Shown here in pieces: positions 34,227 to 34,670 of a DNA stretch of 34,670 nucleotides. The stretch is from a virus (Duplodnaviria > Heunggongvirae > Uroviricota > Caudoviricetes). A program made the translations under genes and the position numbers. Each line of letters begins with the position of its first letter. Position 1 is the first letter of the stretch. The notes beneath the pieces were generated by a model. It did no database searches. It saw only the letters and a list, made by a program, of their open reading frames with translations, and was not told the DNA's origin. The DNA lies in IMG/VR virus record IMGVR_UViG_2563366941_000005; one strand, given 5' to 3'.

Positions 34227-34670
34227 ATGGCAACACCAAATCCCCTTGAGCCGGTAAAAGGTGCCGGTACCACTCTGTGGGTTTACAACGGCAAGGGTGA
34301 TGCTTATGCAAACCCGTTGTCAGACGATGACTGGCAGCGACTGGCTAAGGTGAAGGATCTGACGCCGGGCGAGATGACGGCAGAATCCTACGATGATAAC
34401 TACCTGGATGATGAAGACGCGGACTGGACCGCGACCGGGCAGGGGCAGAAATCTGCAGGTGATACCAGTTTTACGCTGGCCTGGAAACCGGGAGAGGAAG
34501 GCCAGAAAGGGCTTATAGGCTGGTTTGAAAGCGGCGATGTCCGGGCCTATAAAATCCGTTTTCCGAATGGCACGGTGGATGTGTTTCGTGGCTGGGTCAG
34601 CAGTATCGGTAAGGCCGTGACGGCGAAAGAAGTGATCACCCGCACGGTGAAAGTCACTAACGTGGGTAAA
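34227..34670 (+). CDS. V: Major tail protein (lambda gpV-like), 3-prime partial
   Basis: ATG at 34227 with GAGGA SD; translation [12 protein letters not shown]...SFTLAW...[40 protein letters not shown] matches lambda V; open to the window edge. Confidence 0.9.
   Translation, partial: MATPNPLEPVKGAGTTLWVYNGKGDAYANPLSDDDWQRLAKVKDLTPGEMTAESYDDNYLDDEDADWTATGQGQKSAGDTSFTLAWKPGEEGQKGLIGWFESGDVRAYKIRFPNGTVDVFRGWVSSIGKAVTAKEVITRTVKVTNVGK

Overview
This window reads as the left and middle portion of an integrated lambdoid, cos-packaging prophage in an enterobacterial host (an intact IS1 is present). Gene order follows the lambda prophage map: int/xis at the left end (attL presumably within bases 1-74), a leftward early-left operon (DUF551 protein, Ea22-like, HD phosphohydrolase, DUF2303/YfdQ-like, YfdP-like), an immunity region (leaderless cI with S24 peptidase domain, Cro-like, CII/YdaT-like) with three 7-5-7 operators, a replication/Nin-like region (Rha, replication initiator, PerC-like, Dam methyltransferase, LexA DNA-binding-domain-only protein, RusA, SOS-boxed KilA-N protein, DUF968, antiterminator Q), a complete IS1 inserted just downstream of Q, a low-GC moron ORF with an AraC-like regulator, three tRNAs, a NanS-p-like esterase, a pinholin/SAR-endolysin/Rz/Rz1 lysis cassette, an AT-rich island, a lambda-identical cosN, and lambda-like head and tail genes Nu1-A-W-B-C-D-E-FI-FII-Z-U-V (V cut by the window end). 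The Q/tRNA/esterase/lysis layout matches Stx-converting phages, but no toxin genes are present. The most unusual items are a LexA-DBD-only protein encoded just upstream of a perfect SOS box, a moron ORF of unknown function immediately behind the IS1, and a long non-coding early-left leader with no N-like gene. All calls come from reading the sequence and from recalled family signatures; no database search was run.
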